A stretch of DNA of 63,963 nucleotides, counting the filler, from Conidiobolus incongruus B7586 (Eukaryota): assembly GCA_000697335.1 (NCBI GenBank). It is 10 parts of 10 records of this genome, joined end to end, with 100 filler letters (N's around TTAATTAATTAA, not from the genome) between each part and the next. Parts side by side here need not be neighbours in the genome. Positions count along the whole stretch, not along the records: positions 50,929 to 55,706 come from JNEM01007019.1; positions 55,807 to 61,567 come from JNEM01007020.1; positions 61,668 to 62,839 come from JNEM01007030.1; positions 62,940 to 63,963 come from JNEM01007083.1; 6 more parts are not named here. One strand, 5' to 3'. The position numbers and the translations under genes are program-made. Positions 53,801 to 63,963 of this stretch are shown one piece after another (positions within the stretch are counted from its first letter, which is position 1; every line of letters begins with the position of its first letter). The notes under the pieces are model-generated. The model was not told the DNA's origin, did not search any database, and saw only the letters and a list, made by a program, of their open reading frames with translations.

Positions 53801-54628
53801 TCTTAACTAAATATTAGAGAAAATGAGCTTATAGATTTTGTATTATTACTAAGAAGTTCCTAAATATTAGGTGCTTATTTAATCGGAGTCATTGCAATGT
53901 CTCTGTGAAATTTTATGGCTGATCAGTTGAATAATCACAATATATCAAAATAATTAAAATCCACTAATTTACCATAAATACTATCAAAAACGAATGTCAA
54001 AGTTTCTATTCATGATATTTGTTATTAAATGAATGGCATGACGCCATTAAGCCTTCAATTAATCGGGCGAATTCCAAATTCATGTTACACCCGTATATCT
54101 CTGAAATTTTGCCTGTTAATTTTAACCAAATAAATAAAAATGCAAAATTATTTTATATCAAAGATCTATACGATTTTATATTGACAAAGTATATTTGTAT
54201 TAAAAAAATAATTTTCATATTATTTAACATTATATAATATTAATTTATTCAATAACTATATATACTTAAAAATTAGATTTGATTTCCAATCTGTTGTTCA
54301 ATTTATCACGTTTTAAATTGTTTGACTCTTCAATATTCCTAAAGAAATTTATTGGGTAATTCAAAATAAATCAAATGCATATAGAAAAATTGCGAAAAAC
54401 CATATTTGGAATTTAGATCAGTAAATTGTATTTACTTTATTATAACGTTAGGTAAAAGGCGCTGAAAGCAACACAATACTTGATTGGAGATACGCCTTCA
54501 TCACAAATTGTATTAAAATTTATACATCTAAAAATAAAATAATTAACAGAAAGCAACATTGGAGCATATATAAATCAGCTCATTTGACTAAAGTTATTAT
54601 CATCAAACTTTAGATTAGATATTCCAAT

Positions 54629-55706
54629 ATGAAGCTTCAATCATTCATCATCAGTACTATTGCCTTGAGATCTTCTAATGCTACACCATATTATGAAAAT
54701 GGTAGCACCAATTCTGAGCAAATTGGTGGAAATATGATAGCTCCTTTTTTCGCTATGTTAATGGATAACAATGAGCAATTTTTAAATTCAGATAATGATG
54801 CTTTAAATTATAAACCCAATGTTGCCGCTTTTGCTGCACCTGCTGACGATCAAAACAGTAATCCAGCACCCAATCTCAAAGTAATGAACGCAAATCCAGC
54901 GCCACAACTTCCTTGGTTCGACCCCAATTACCGTATTACTACTAATCCTGCCACATCTGCTCGCCCAACTACAAGCAATGGTTATCAACAAACTACAACT
55001 CTTCCCACCACCGCTAGCTCTAAACCTACTTCTAGTTCGATTAGCTCATCAGTAGCTACAAGTGCAAAACCATCCATCACTTCAAACAGCATCCCAACCG
55101 TTCAACCAACTACCACTCAGAATCAAACTTCCAAGACAACATCTGGTGGCCATAATCCTTATCCTACTCCTTTCAAACCAACTACATCAGGTGCTCAACC
55201 ATCTGGCAACACTTCTAGCGGTTCCAATGGATCTAATGGCTCTCAAAGTTCCAAGTCCCAATCAACTACTGCCCCAACATCCGGTGGCCATACCCTTTAT
55301 CCCTCTCCTAACCGTTCAAGCACTACTGCTGTTCAACCTTCTGGAAGCACTTCTAGCGGTTCCAATGGATCTAATGGCTCTCAAAGTTCCAAGCCTCAAT
55401 CAACTACTGTTCCAACATCCGGTGGCCATAACCCTTATCCTACTCCTAACCGTTCAACAACTACTGCTGTTCAACCATCTGGTAATACTTCCAGCGGTTC
55501 CAATGGATCTAATGGCTCTCAAAGTTCCAAGCCTCAATCAACTACTGCTTTAACATCCGGTGGCCATAACCCTTATCCCACTCCTAACCGTTCAAGCACT
55601 ACTGCTGTTCAACCATCTGGTAATACTTCCAGCGGTTCCAATGGATCTAATGGCTCTCAAAGTTCCAAGCCTCAATCAACTACTGCTTTAACATCCGGTG
55701 GCCATA
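54629..55706 (+). CDS. secreted mucin-like Ser/Thr/Pro/Gly-rich protein, 3'-truncated by gap
   Basis: Signal peptide MKLQSFIISTIALRSSNA, TATATAAA ~60 nt upstream, S/T-rich body ending in 46-aa tandem repeats. Confidence 0.88.
55142..55706 (+). repeat. 138-bp coding tandem repeat, at least 4 full units plus a partial
   Basis: SGGH unit starts at 55142, 55280, 55418, 55556, 55694; unit SGGHNPYPTPNRSSTTAVQPSGNTSSGSNGSNGSQSSKPQSTTALT. Confidence 0.95.
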
Positions 55707-56189
55707 NNNNNNNNNNNNNNNNNNNNNNNNNNNNNNNNNNNNNNNNNNNNTTAATTAATTAANNNNNNNNNNNNNNNNNNNNNNNNNNNNNNNNNNNNNN
55801 NNNNNNAAAATTAACTAAATTAAATAATAATGATATTTATGTATTTATTTTATACTTCTATAATTAATTTATTTATTGGCAAAATATATTTTTTTATAAA
55901 ATCCAAAAATTAAATAATATTATAAAAAGATTTAATATGATTTTCAATTTATTAAAATATACTATATATAAGGATTAAAATAATCATTTAAAATTTATCA
56001 GGTTTATTTTTCATTTTGTGATATTTTTATAAAAAAATTAATATTAAGTCAATTTGCTTAATAGTTTGTTATAAGTATAGAAAATTAATATATAATCTTA
56101 ATATTATTTTATACTGAATAATTAATTCAAAAAATTGTTAAATATGATAAAAAACATCAAATAAAGATTAATTACCAAATTTCGTTTAT

Positions 56190-57460
56190 TAATAATATTC
56201 CACTTAGATGTTTGGTCACTGTACTTAGTTTCTTAGATACCAGAACACAAAAATAAAATTTATTGAAAGTAAAAATAACAATATATTGTAAATTTTAATA
56301 TATAAGAGAAGGAAGATAGTATTCCCTAGTATTAGCTAAATTAACTTGTTATCCAAATTATAAGTAATTAAAATAACAAAATAAACAATTTAAATTGATA
56401 AAAATTAAATTATTAGAAAATTAACTCAAAGAAAAATATTAAAGGTCCAATTATTCAATAATTAAATGTATTTAGCTGAGGTTTCAATAATATCAGGAAC
56501 TTGATCAAATTAAAATCAAACAGAAAAACATATATATCAAAATTGATATTTACAATCGTAAAATAATATTCAAGTATCTGTGATGCAAGTGATAGTCTGT
56601 CTAGCCTTTAATTAAATATTCATAAGCGTACTCAGAGCGAGTGGGAATACCTGGGCCATTTTGTTTAATAGTTTGATTTGATGAATATCAAAATTTTACC
56701 ACACTTCATATGTAAATATGAGCGAATTATAACTAATATTCTATTCCTTATAATTCAATAATTTTTGAAAGTCAATGTAATTGAAAATATTTAGCATGAA
56801 TAAATTAATATTTTATTGAATTTATTATTTTTCTATTTTGTAAACATTCTAATACATTGAAATGTCATAATTATCATTGTTGCTGTTTGGTATTAAAATT
56901 CGACAAAATATTATGAAATAATGAATTAATATCTTTTTTATATTATAAATATTGATTTTTCTAATATTCAATGCTTTTGTTATATTTTTGTTTGAAATTT
57001 ATTCTAAAAATAATAAAATTTAAATCAAATGTTAAATTGATTAAGGGTTAAACTTATTGAAATCCGGTATATTTATGAATTATGAAATCATTAAGATCAC
57101 TTAGTCAATAACATCATTGGTGTATAATTACTAGATAGAGATTCAACAAATATTGATGATGGTGAACCATTAAAATAATATCTAATTATATAGATCTTGT
57201 AAGCTGAAGTGAATTTCATAATTAAGCTATTATCAACTTCAATTCCTGTCAAATATCAAGGACGTTTATTGTAGATGTGAACATTGATGTACAATCTCAA
57301 ACTTTCAATTAAAATTTCTAAATTTAAATATTGTCTGAATAATAAGATCACATTTTGTTTCATTCTTTTAAATTACCTGATCAGATTAGAAGAGTAAGTT
57401 TACATTAAAATTCATCAAAAATTAATTATGATAGTTTATAAATCAAATGTTTTAGTAATT
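56190..57460 (+). pseudogene. possible decayed F-box(/LRR) gene
   Basis: NNIPLRCLVTVLSFLDTRTQK*NLLKV resembles an F-box motif, followed by ~1.2 kb of mildly GC-richer stop-interrupted sequence. Extent is a guess. Confidence 0.25.
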
Positions 57461-58673
57461 ACAAGAGGTTATTGTCTTATTAAATATATATCAATTTAGC
57501 CTTTAGTTTTAATTAATCGATATAATAAAAGTAGTAACTCATTGCATCACAATAAAACGAAATTCTTTTATAATTATTGAAAAACTTAATTCATTTGAAA
57601 CTTGTTCTTTATCAGATAATATATTTTGGCTGAGCCCATAAAATAATAAGGTTCTTTCTAATTCATTACACCAAAATAATAAACCAGTGTAAAAGGTAAA
57701 ACTCAAATCAATGATCAATATTATTGCATTTGGTATCATTATCATATTAATTTAGATTATATCTCATATTATCTATTAAAAATTTTTGTCTAGAATCTTA
57801 GCTCAGCAAACTCATTAATCATACAAGAGAGCTTTTATTAGAGTTGTGATCTTTTGAAAAGTCACCTCTTTTATACAATATAATCTATCAATCAGGTCTC
57901 TCGTACTTCAGATTTGCTATTACGCTAGGTATATTATTGATTCAGTACCATCAGCACCACAACATATATATGGTATAATTTATCAATTTAAATTTTGAAT
58001 CATTGGAATCAACTTTAGAAATGGAGCTTGGATCAAGCTCAGACCAATTCCATTCAACAATAATTGTCACTAATAAAAATATCAAAAACAAATTACCATT
58101 ACATTATAAAATTATAAAATTATAAATTTAATAGTATATTCAATGGAGTTGATAATAATAAATTGTATAAATATTCTATCAAAATTTCATAGTGATCTCT
58201 AATAATCAAATATTAGTTAATATTAGTTACATGCCTTAAAATCATCAATTAATAATTAATAATATCTGTATTGCATATTGTCTATTGCATTATAAACTTA
58301 TGAAATTAAACTACGCTTGTGATATATCAAATAGCCCAATTGGTTAACAGTAATATATTTTAATATGTAATTTTAGTAAAAATTACAACCCGATTAAGAA
58401 AATAAGTAATTTAGCTTCAATGTCATAAAGAGATATATCAATAGTATTAATTACAAATAATTGTATTATAATAGAGTAATTGTTACTCAATATTATAATT
58501 GGATTAAGGAGCAAAAATTTTGAAATGATATTGGAATGATTGAATTGTGAGAAAATTTTTGTAAATTTACTTTCATCAATTAAAAGTTTCGAAATATAAA
58601 TACCTTGAAATCATTCATAATCCAATCAATAACATTTTCAAAATATCTTTGATATATTCGAAGTTTAATTACA

Positions 58674-58877
58674 ATGAAAGCTTTTACAATTGCAGTTTTA
58701 CTATTCACTTCCATCTATGCAATGCCTCAAGGAGATGAGGATTATCCAGGTGAAATTTATCATGACTATCATTGGAAATACTCTCCAGACTATGATGATA
58801 ATGATGATGGTAGTAGTCTTTTGCATCTCCATGACATTTTGAATTTTAAAGACTTTTTGGATCTTGATGTGTTGTAA
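58674..58877 (+). CDS. small secreted acidic His/Tyr-containing peptide precursor
   Basis: MKAFTIAVLLFTSIYA signal peptide; TATAAATA at ~58595; AATAAA just after the stop. Confidence 0.72.
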   Translation: MKAFTIAVLLFTSIYAMPQGDEDYPGEIYHDYHWKYSPDYDDNDDGSSLLHLHDILNFKDFLDLDVL

Positions 58878-59779
58878 ACTATTTGAAATTAATAAATTTC
58901 ATTTATTGGATAAGTTTTGATGTTACTCTTTTAAAATCAATTTTTTGCTAATCTATAAATAGAAAAAAAATCAAATCAATCGTTATATTCACTTTTTGAT
59001 AATACTTGCTATAAGCTTAAAGAAATAACTGAATACAATATTGAAATAATTAATTCTTTTAATAACTATTTTCAATTTATAATACACCTTACATTGTTAA
59101 TATTAAAATATAAGTTATGATAAAATAATCAAAATTAGTTAAATTATTTTAAAAAAATTATCTAAATTTGTTCTAAAAAATGCTAAATCATAGATTTGAC
59201 TATTATGAATATATCCCAAGTTGAAATATAGTTGAGATGAAAATATATCGATTATTAATTTTGAATGTGAATTTATTAAAACTATTAATACAATATATCT
59301 TAAATTAAAAAAATATTAATATAGCCATTATTTTTAAATTATATAAGAGTTTAATTTCATTAATGTTATATATTAACAAAAACCTAAAATCATTAATAAT
59401 CATTAAATAATTTTTATTTTGAATATTATAAATATATAATTAAATACCAATATTGAATTTATTGAAAGTTTAATCATTATTTTGAATTTAAATCAATATT
59501 TGTAATTCTAAAAGTAAAATCTCCTTATTAATTTAAATATATCAAATATAAATAAGTAATTTTTTGAGCTTTTGAAATAATGGGAAAAATATATTTATTA
59601 ATTAATATATATATATATCAAAATTTAATAGTATATTAATTAATTAAATTTATATTATTAGACTTTATTAAATGATCATATTAATACAAATATATCTATA
59701 TTTAAATGTTTGTTATTTATTTATAAAATATTAATTAAATTTCTTAATACCTATTAAATACGTTGGGGTTTAAACTTGC

Positions 59780-60000
59780 CTCATTGGGAGGAATCCTGTA
59801 AAAGGATAGAAAGTATTATGCAAAAGAGCCAAAAAGATAAGTAAAAGATAAAGAAAGAGTAAAGTTAAAGTTAATAGAAATAGAGGAGGGTGTTTGTTTA
59901 AGAAAGTTAGATGGTTTAAATATCTCGAACTCATCAAACAGTGCCTTATAAAGTGGATTAACTAAAATATCACAAGTTCTTGGAATAAGGAGTTAAAATA
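59780..60000 (-). mobile_element. diverged LTR remnant related to family B
   Basis: Ordered patches TTGGGAGG, AGTATTATGCAAAAGAG, GAGGAGGGTGTTTGTTTAAG, TCGAACTC resemble TTGGGAAAG, AGTATAAGCAAAAGAG, GGGGGTTTATTGGTTTAAG, TCGAACTC at 26820-26947. Ends undefined. Confidence 0.4.
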
Positions 60001-60126
60001 CTCCCTCAAGTATAAATTTTCTATCAATAAATAATTTTGATATTCTATATATAATTTCTCATTATTATTATCCTTTAATTAATTATATACTTTTATATTA
60101 AATTAAAAATTTAGTTGATTTAATTA

Positions 60127-60561
60127 TGATGGAGAATAATCCTGTCAATTACTCAAGAAACTCCGATTACCGCAGGATTCGAGAAGTCACATTGGAGATA
60201 TCACACCCCATGAACTAGTTGATCCTATTACTTTCTGCCCGTAAGTTGTTCATGTCCACAAAAATCAACAATGGAACCTAATATAAGATTATCACAAGCA
60301 AACTAATAAACACATCTTCTATCTTCATTTTCAAAAGTATACCGTCTCTAAGTTTTTCTCATAACCCTCACAAAAATGTTGAGTCGTGACGAGCGTGAGA
60401 TATTTACTTTATTCAAAGAACCCGATTTGTAACAAGTCATTTTCACCTACTTTGGTGAACCCCAATAATTTCCCTTAATTACGTGGTAATTTATCGTTTA
60501 CCACTGGCGATTCCCTGTTTAAGCCCGTAAAGCCCATTGTTGTCAGTGTTAACACCTGACA
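60127..60561 (-). mobile_element. solo LTR-like repeat, family A copy 3 (CpG-retaining)
   Basis: TGATG...TGACA ends with ATTA on both flanks; inverted homolog of 17092 and 44613 copies. Alternative end at 60545. Confidence 0.78.
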
Positions 60562-60818
60562 ATTATATAAACATAAATTCTTATGCTTTGTCTGATGATT
60601 TTATTGTTATTTTTTTTGATATATGCTATTTTTTAAAATACACATTTGTTTTGATTGAATAATTAACATAATATTATTTAATAAGTTATAATATTCACTG
60701 AATTAACTATTTAAACTATTTTTTATTAACTCTCTTAATTAACAATACTTTTTGGAATTATAATATTAAATTATAATTATTTATATTTTTTAAAATTTGA
60801 GAAAAATTTTATTAATAA

Positions 60819-61152
60819 TGTCGCGGATCGGGAGGTCCGCTCGCCTTTCAATTTTAACCGTCCGTCAAGATTCCAGATGTAATCCACTCACAAATATCAG
60901 GAACAACCCTTGCACAATGGAAAATTCCAGACTATAGCAGAAGCTGGAGCCTCAACACATTGGCCAAGGATCAACCACACTATAAAATAGTCACTGGACA
61001 GATATTTGCTGAGGGATCACTTTGATCAGGGCCAAGCCCTAGATCTTGCTATTTTAATAAAACTCCTCTAAAGTATCTAGTTAGCCATCTTTGGCCCGTT
61101 TCATCGAGCTCACGTGATCTTTATCGCAAGACTACTTCCCAGAAGCCTTGCA
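60819..61152 (+). mobile_element. solo LTR, family C
   Basis: 334-bp GC-rich island with TG...CA ends, ATAA on both flanks, TATAAAA (~60981) then AATAAA (~61056); 3' end TTCCCAGAAG resembles family B. Confidence 0.75.
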
Positions 61153-61667
61153 ATAATATACCTCATATTGATAATATCCAAAATTAATACATAAGTATTT
61201 GCCAAATATTATAATTGAATAAAATTATCGATATATTAATTATAAAGGTTAATATAACATATATAACTATTATATATTCATTAATAATAAATCTTTTTAT
61301 AATTTTAAATAAATTTTATTATATTAAAATTATTTTATTAGATATTAAAATTTATAATATCTTGATTTAATTCTTTTATAGAACTCTTTTTTTCTTATAA
61401 TAATAAGTTTTAACTCTTCAAAATAATTGTATTTTTATAAATTATAATATAATTAATACTATAAATTTTATATTACTTTAAATTGAAAATTTTTAAAATA
61501 TTAACTTTATATTTATTTCTATTATATAAATAATAAATTTTGATTAATATATTATAAATGCAATAAANNNNNNNNNNNNNNNNNNNNNNNNNNNNNNNNN
61601 NNNNNNNNNNNTTAATTAATTAANNNNNNNNNNNNNNNNNNNNNNNNNNNNNNNNNNNNNNNNNNNN

Positions 61668-62839
61668 AGTTTCAAATAAGCAAATATATACAAAACAAAT
61701 AGGAAAATAAATAGTTTTGAATTATATATATATATATATATATATAATAATTTTTTTGATTAAAAAATGAATTTTTTAAAATTAGTTGTTTAATTTAATT
61801 ATGCTTAAACCAAATAGTGACCATCAAAAGTTTTTTATTTTAGTATCAGTAAAACTTAACCACAAACCCTCTAAAATCATTTAAAATTTACAAACAGCTT
61901 TTGGTAATAAAGTATTATCTAAATCAACAATTTATCACTAGGTAAATTACTTTAAAGCTAGGAGAGAAACTACCCAAAACTTACTAAAATCTAAAAGACT
62001 AATTTCAACTGTTACTCTTCTAATTATTAATAAAGTAAAAAATTATATTGAAAAGCACCTTTTTATTTCAGTTAGAAAATTATCAAGACACTTTAATATT
62101 AGTCACACAAGTATTTTAAATATATTAAAGTTTAAATTAAAATTAATTAATAAAAATGTAAAATAGGTACCTTATAATTTAACTAAAGCTTAAAAAAAGC
62201 TAGAGTAGCTATTGCTAAACAAAACTTACTAAGGTATAACTAGAAACCAAAGCTTTTACAGTGAATTATTACAATTGATGAATCTTGGATTCTTTTGTAT
62301 AATCTTTTGCTAAAACATAAATCAAAGTGTTGGATTAAACTAAATCAACTCCCTCCACAAATTCCTTTAAATAAACACTTTATTGATAAGTGAATGTTAA
62401 TTGTAGTAATAGATTATAATAGCATATGCTATTCTTATTTAGTTTCTAAAAGAAAATCCATTAATAGTAAACTTTATATTTCTTTTTTAAATAAAACTAT
62501 TTCTAATTGGTATTCTCAATATAATTTGAGAAGACCTATTATTTTACATGATAATTGCAAAATACATAAATCTAAAGTTGTAAAAAACTTTCTAATTAAA
62601 AATAACTGGAAAGAACTACCACATCTAGTATATTCCCTAGATTATAACCCATGTAATTATAATTGTTTTAGGCAATTAAAAAACTAGGTTGTAGGAAAGA
62701 AAATTTCTGCAGGAAAATTTAATTGGTTTGTGAAACATCAAATTTCAGTCTTTAATAAAAAGAACTATTTTTTAGGTGTTAGATCTTTGCTAAAAGTATA
62801 GTAAAAAGTTATTAGAAATAAAGGAAATTATTAATTTTA
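61668..62839 (+). mobile_element. mariner (Tc1/mariner, DD34D-type) transposase pseudogene, both ends in gaps
   Basis: From ATG 61801: HTH region, K*VPYNLT (WVPHEL motif), IITIDESW, ILHDNCKIH, LPHLVYSLDYNPCNY (PHPPYSPDLAPSDY motif); about nine in-frame stops and one poly-A frameshift. Confidence 0.95.
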
Positions 62840-62939
62840 NNNNNNNNNNNNNNNNNNNNNNNNNNNNNNNNNNNNNNNNNNNNTTAATTAATTAANNNNN
62901 NNNNNNNNNNNNNNNNNNNNNNNNNNNNNNNNNNNNNNN

Positions 62940-63179
62940 ATGAGGGGCTGAGGAATTCATCACGAGATCATCACATTGATGTATAAGGATTCCACAGCTC
63001 ATTAATAAGCATAAGCGCATGACCCAACGATTAATCCCAGTAGTCACCCAAATTCCTCCCAAGCTAATCATTATACATAGAACGGCGACGACGAATACAA
63101 TTGAGGATACCTGCGTAGGTTCCGCAAGGGAGGTCTCTTTTAGGACTATAGGGGAGAAAATATAACAAAGCATTACCAT
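62940..63179 (-). CDS. probable N-terminal part of a membrane protein, truncated by gap
   Basis: GC-richer open frame with hydrophobic segments (SSIVFVVAVLCIMISLGGIWV; VMRLCLLMSCGILI) running into the linker; no family recognised. Confidence 0.45.
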
Positions 63180-63963
63180 AATGTATGTTCTTATTATAAA
63201 GTGCTCTGATTTCGAGAGGGAGAGTTTATTAGTTCTTTGGATCTTTCAAGGAATCACCAGAATAGTTCACTCAACTATTCTGGTGTGTTCTTTTATGTTT
63301 CCTTATTCTATACTAATTGTTTTACTTATTTTGGCTTGCTTCAGGGACTTTTGGTTTGTTCTTAATATGACCTTGTTTTGGATAATGTCACGATGAGTCG
63401 CGACAAGAATATTACTCAAAGATGTTTTATTTGGACACAATGTGAAATAAAGTAAACATATAATGCACTTTTTCGATGTACTTAGTCTACCCAGTAAATT
63501 CAGCCCCACTTGAAAAATTCAAAACAAAAACCAATCAAATTTTGGATTTTGAAACCAAAAAGTTTTAAATAATAAACAATAGTATATTAACATATCATTT
63601 ATCATTTTAAATTGTAAATATGAATAATACATTTTTTGTCCACTACATTATAATCAAAAATTTAATATTTTTTAATATTTTGCAAATCAATTTAATATTA
63701 ATTATTTTTATTAAAAAAATAAATATTTTATCACAAACTTAATGTATCAATATTATTTAATAATTTATTGTAATATTAAAGTTTAAAATGATATAATAAA
63801 TCAAAAATATAAAAACATTTTCTAATCTTTATATTATATCATATATAAATCTTATATTTAAAAACCAAAAAAAAATTAATGATATAATAGATATACTTAA
63901 TAATATATGAATAGTATTTATAATATTATAAAAATTAATTTTATATTTTATTTAATATCCTTT

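Noticed and set aside
55142..55706. Regular repeats that could be mistaken for a CRISPR array
   Set aside because: Contiguous in-frame coding units with no unique spacers, in a eukaryotic gene.
56620..56660. GTACT..TGGGAATACC resembling the 3' end of 5S rRNA
   Set aside because: Match is too short and the rest of a 5S structure is absent.
63181..63509. ORFs 63181-63396(+) and 63303-63509(-)
   Set aside because: Short and motif-free; more likely the UTR/promoter of the minus-strand ORF starting at 63179.

Overview
Very AT-rich eukaryotic DNA with short GT-AG introns (49-223 nt), consistent with an early-diverging fungus. A Conidiobolus-like entomophthoralean is my inference from composition and gene content, not a database result. 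Nine identical 100-nt linkers (44 N + TTAATTAATTAA + 44 N) join contigs, so adjacency across them is unproven. Recognisable genes: a 3-exon FYVE-RING E3 ligase (Pib1-like), a SUN/GH132 glucanase, an OCH1-like GT32 mannosyltransferase, SUMO, a Ste12-family factor and a 2-exon SABATH-family carboxyl methyltransferase. Less familiar genes: three paralogous 8-Cys GPI-type proteins, a probable double beta-trefoil protein, a mucin-like protein with 138-bp repeats and small secreted orphans. Two dead paralogs sit beside intact genes (GT32 and the beta-trefoil gene). Repeats include at least six relics of one 1.3-kb DD34D mariner family and seven solo-LTR-like elements, several with 4-bp target-site duplications. 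The strongest signal is that the mariner copies have been destroyed almost entirely by C>T/G>A transitions, with a CpA/TpG lean in the youngest pair compared and near-total CpG loss. This is a RIP-like or methylation-driven repeat-mutation process, in a lineage that appears to lie outside the Dikarya.
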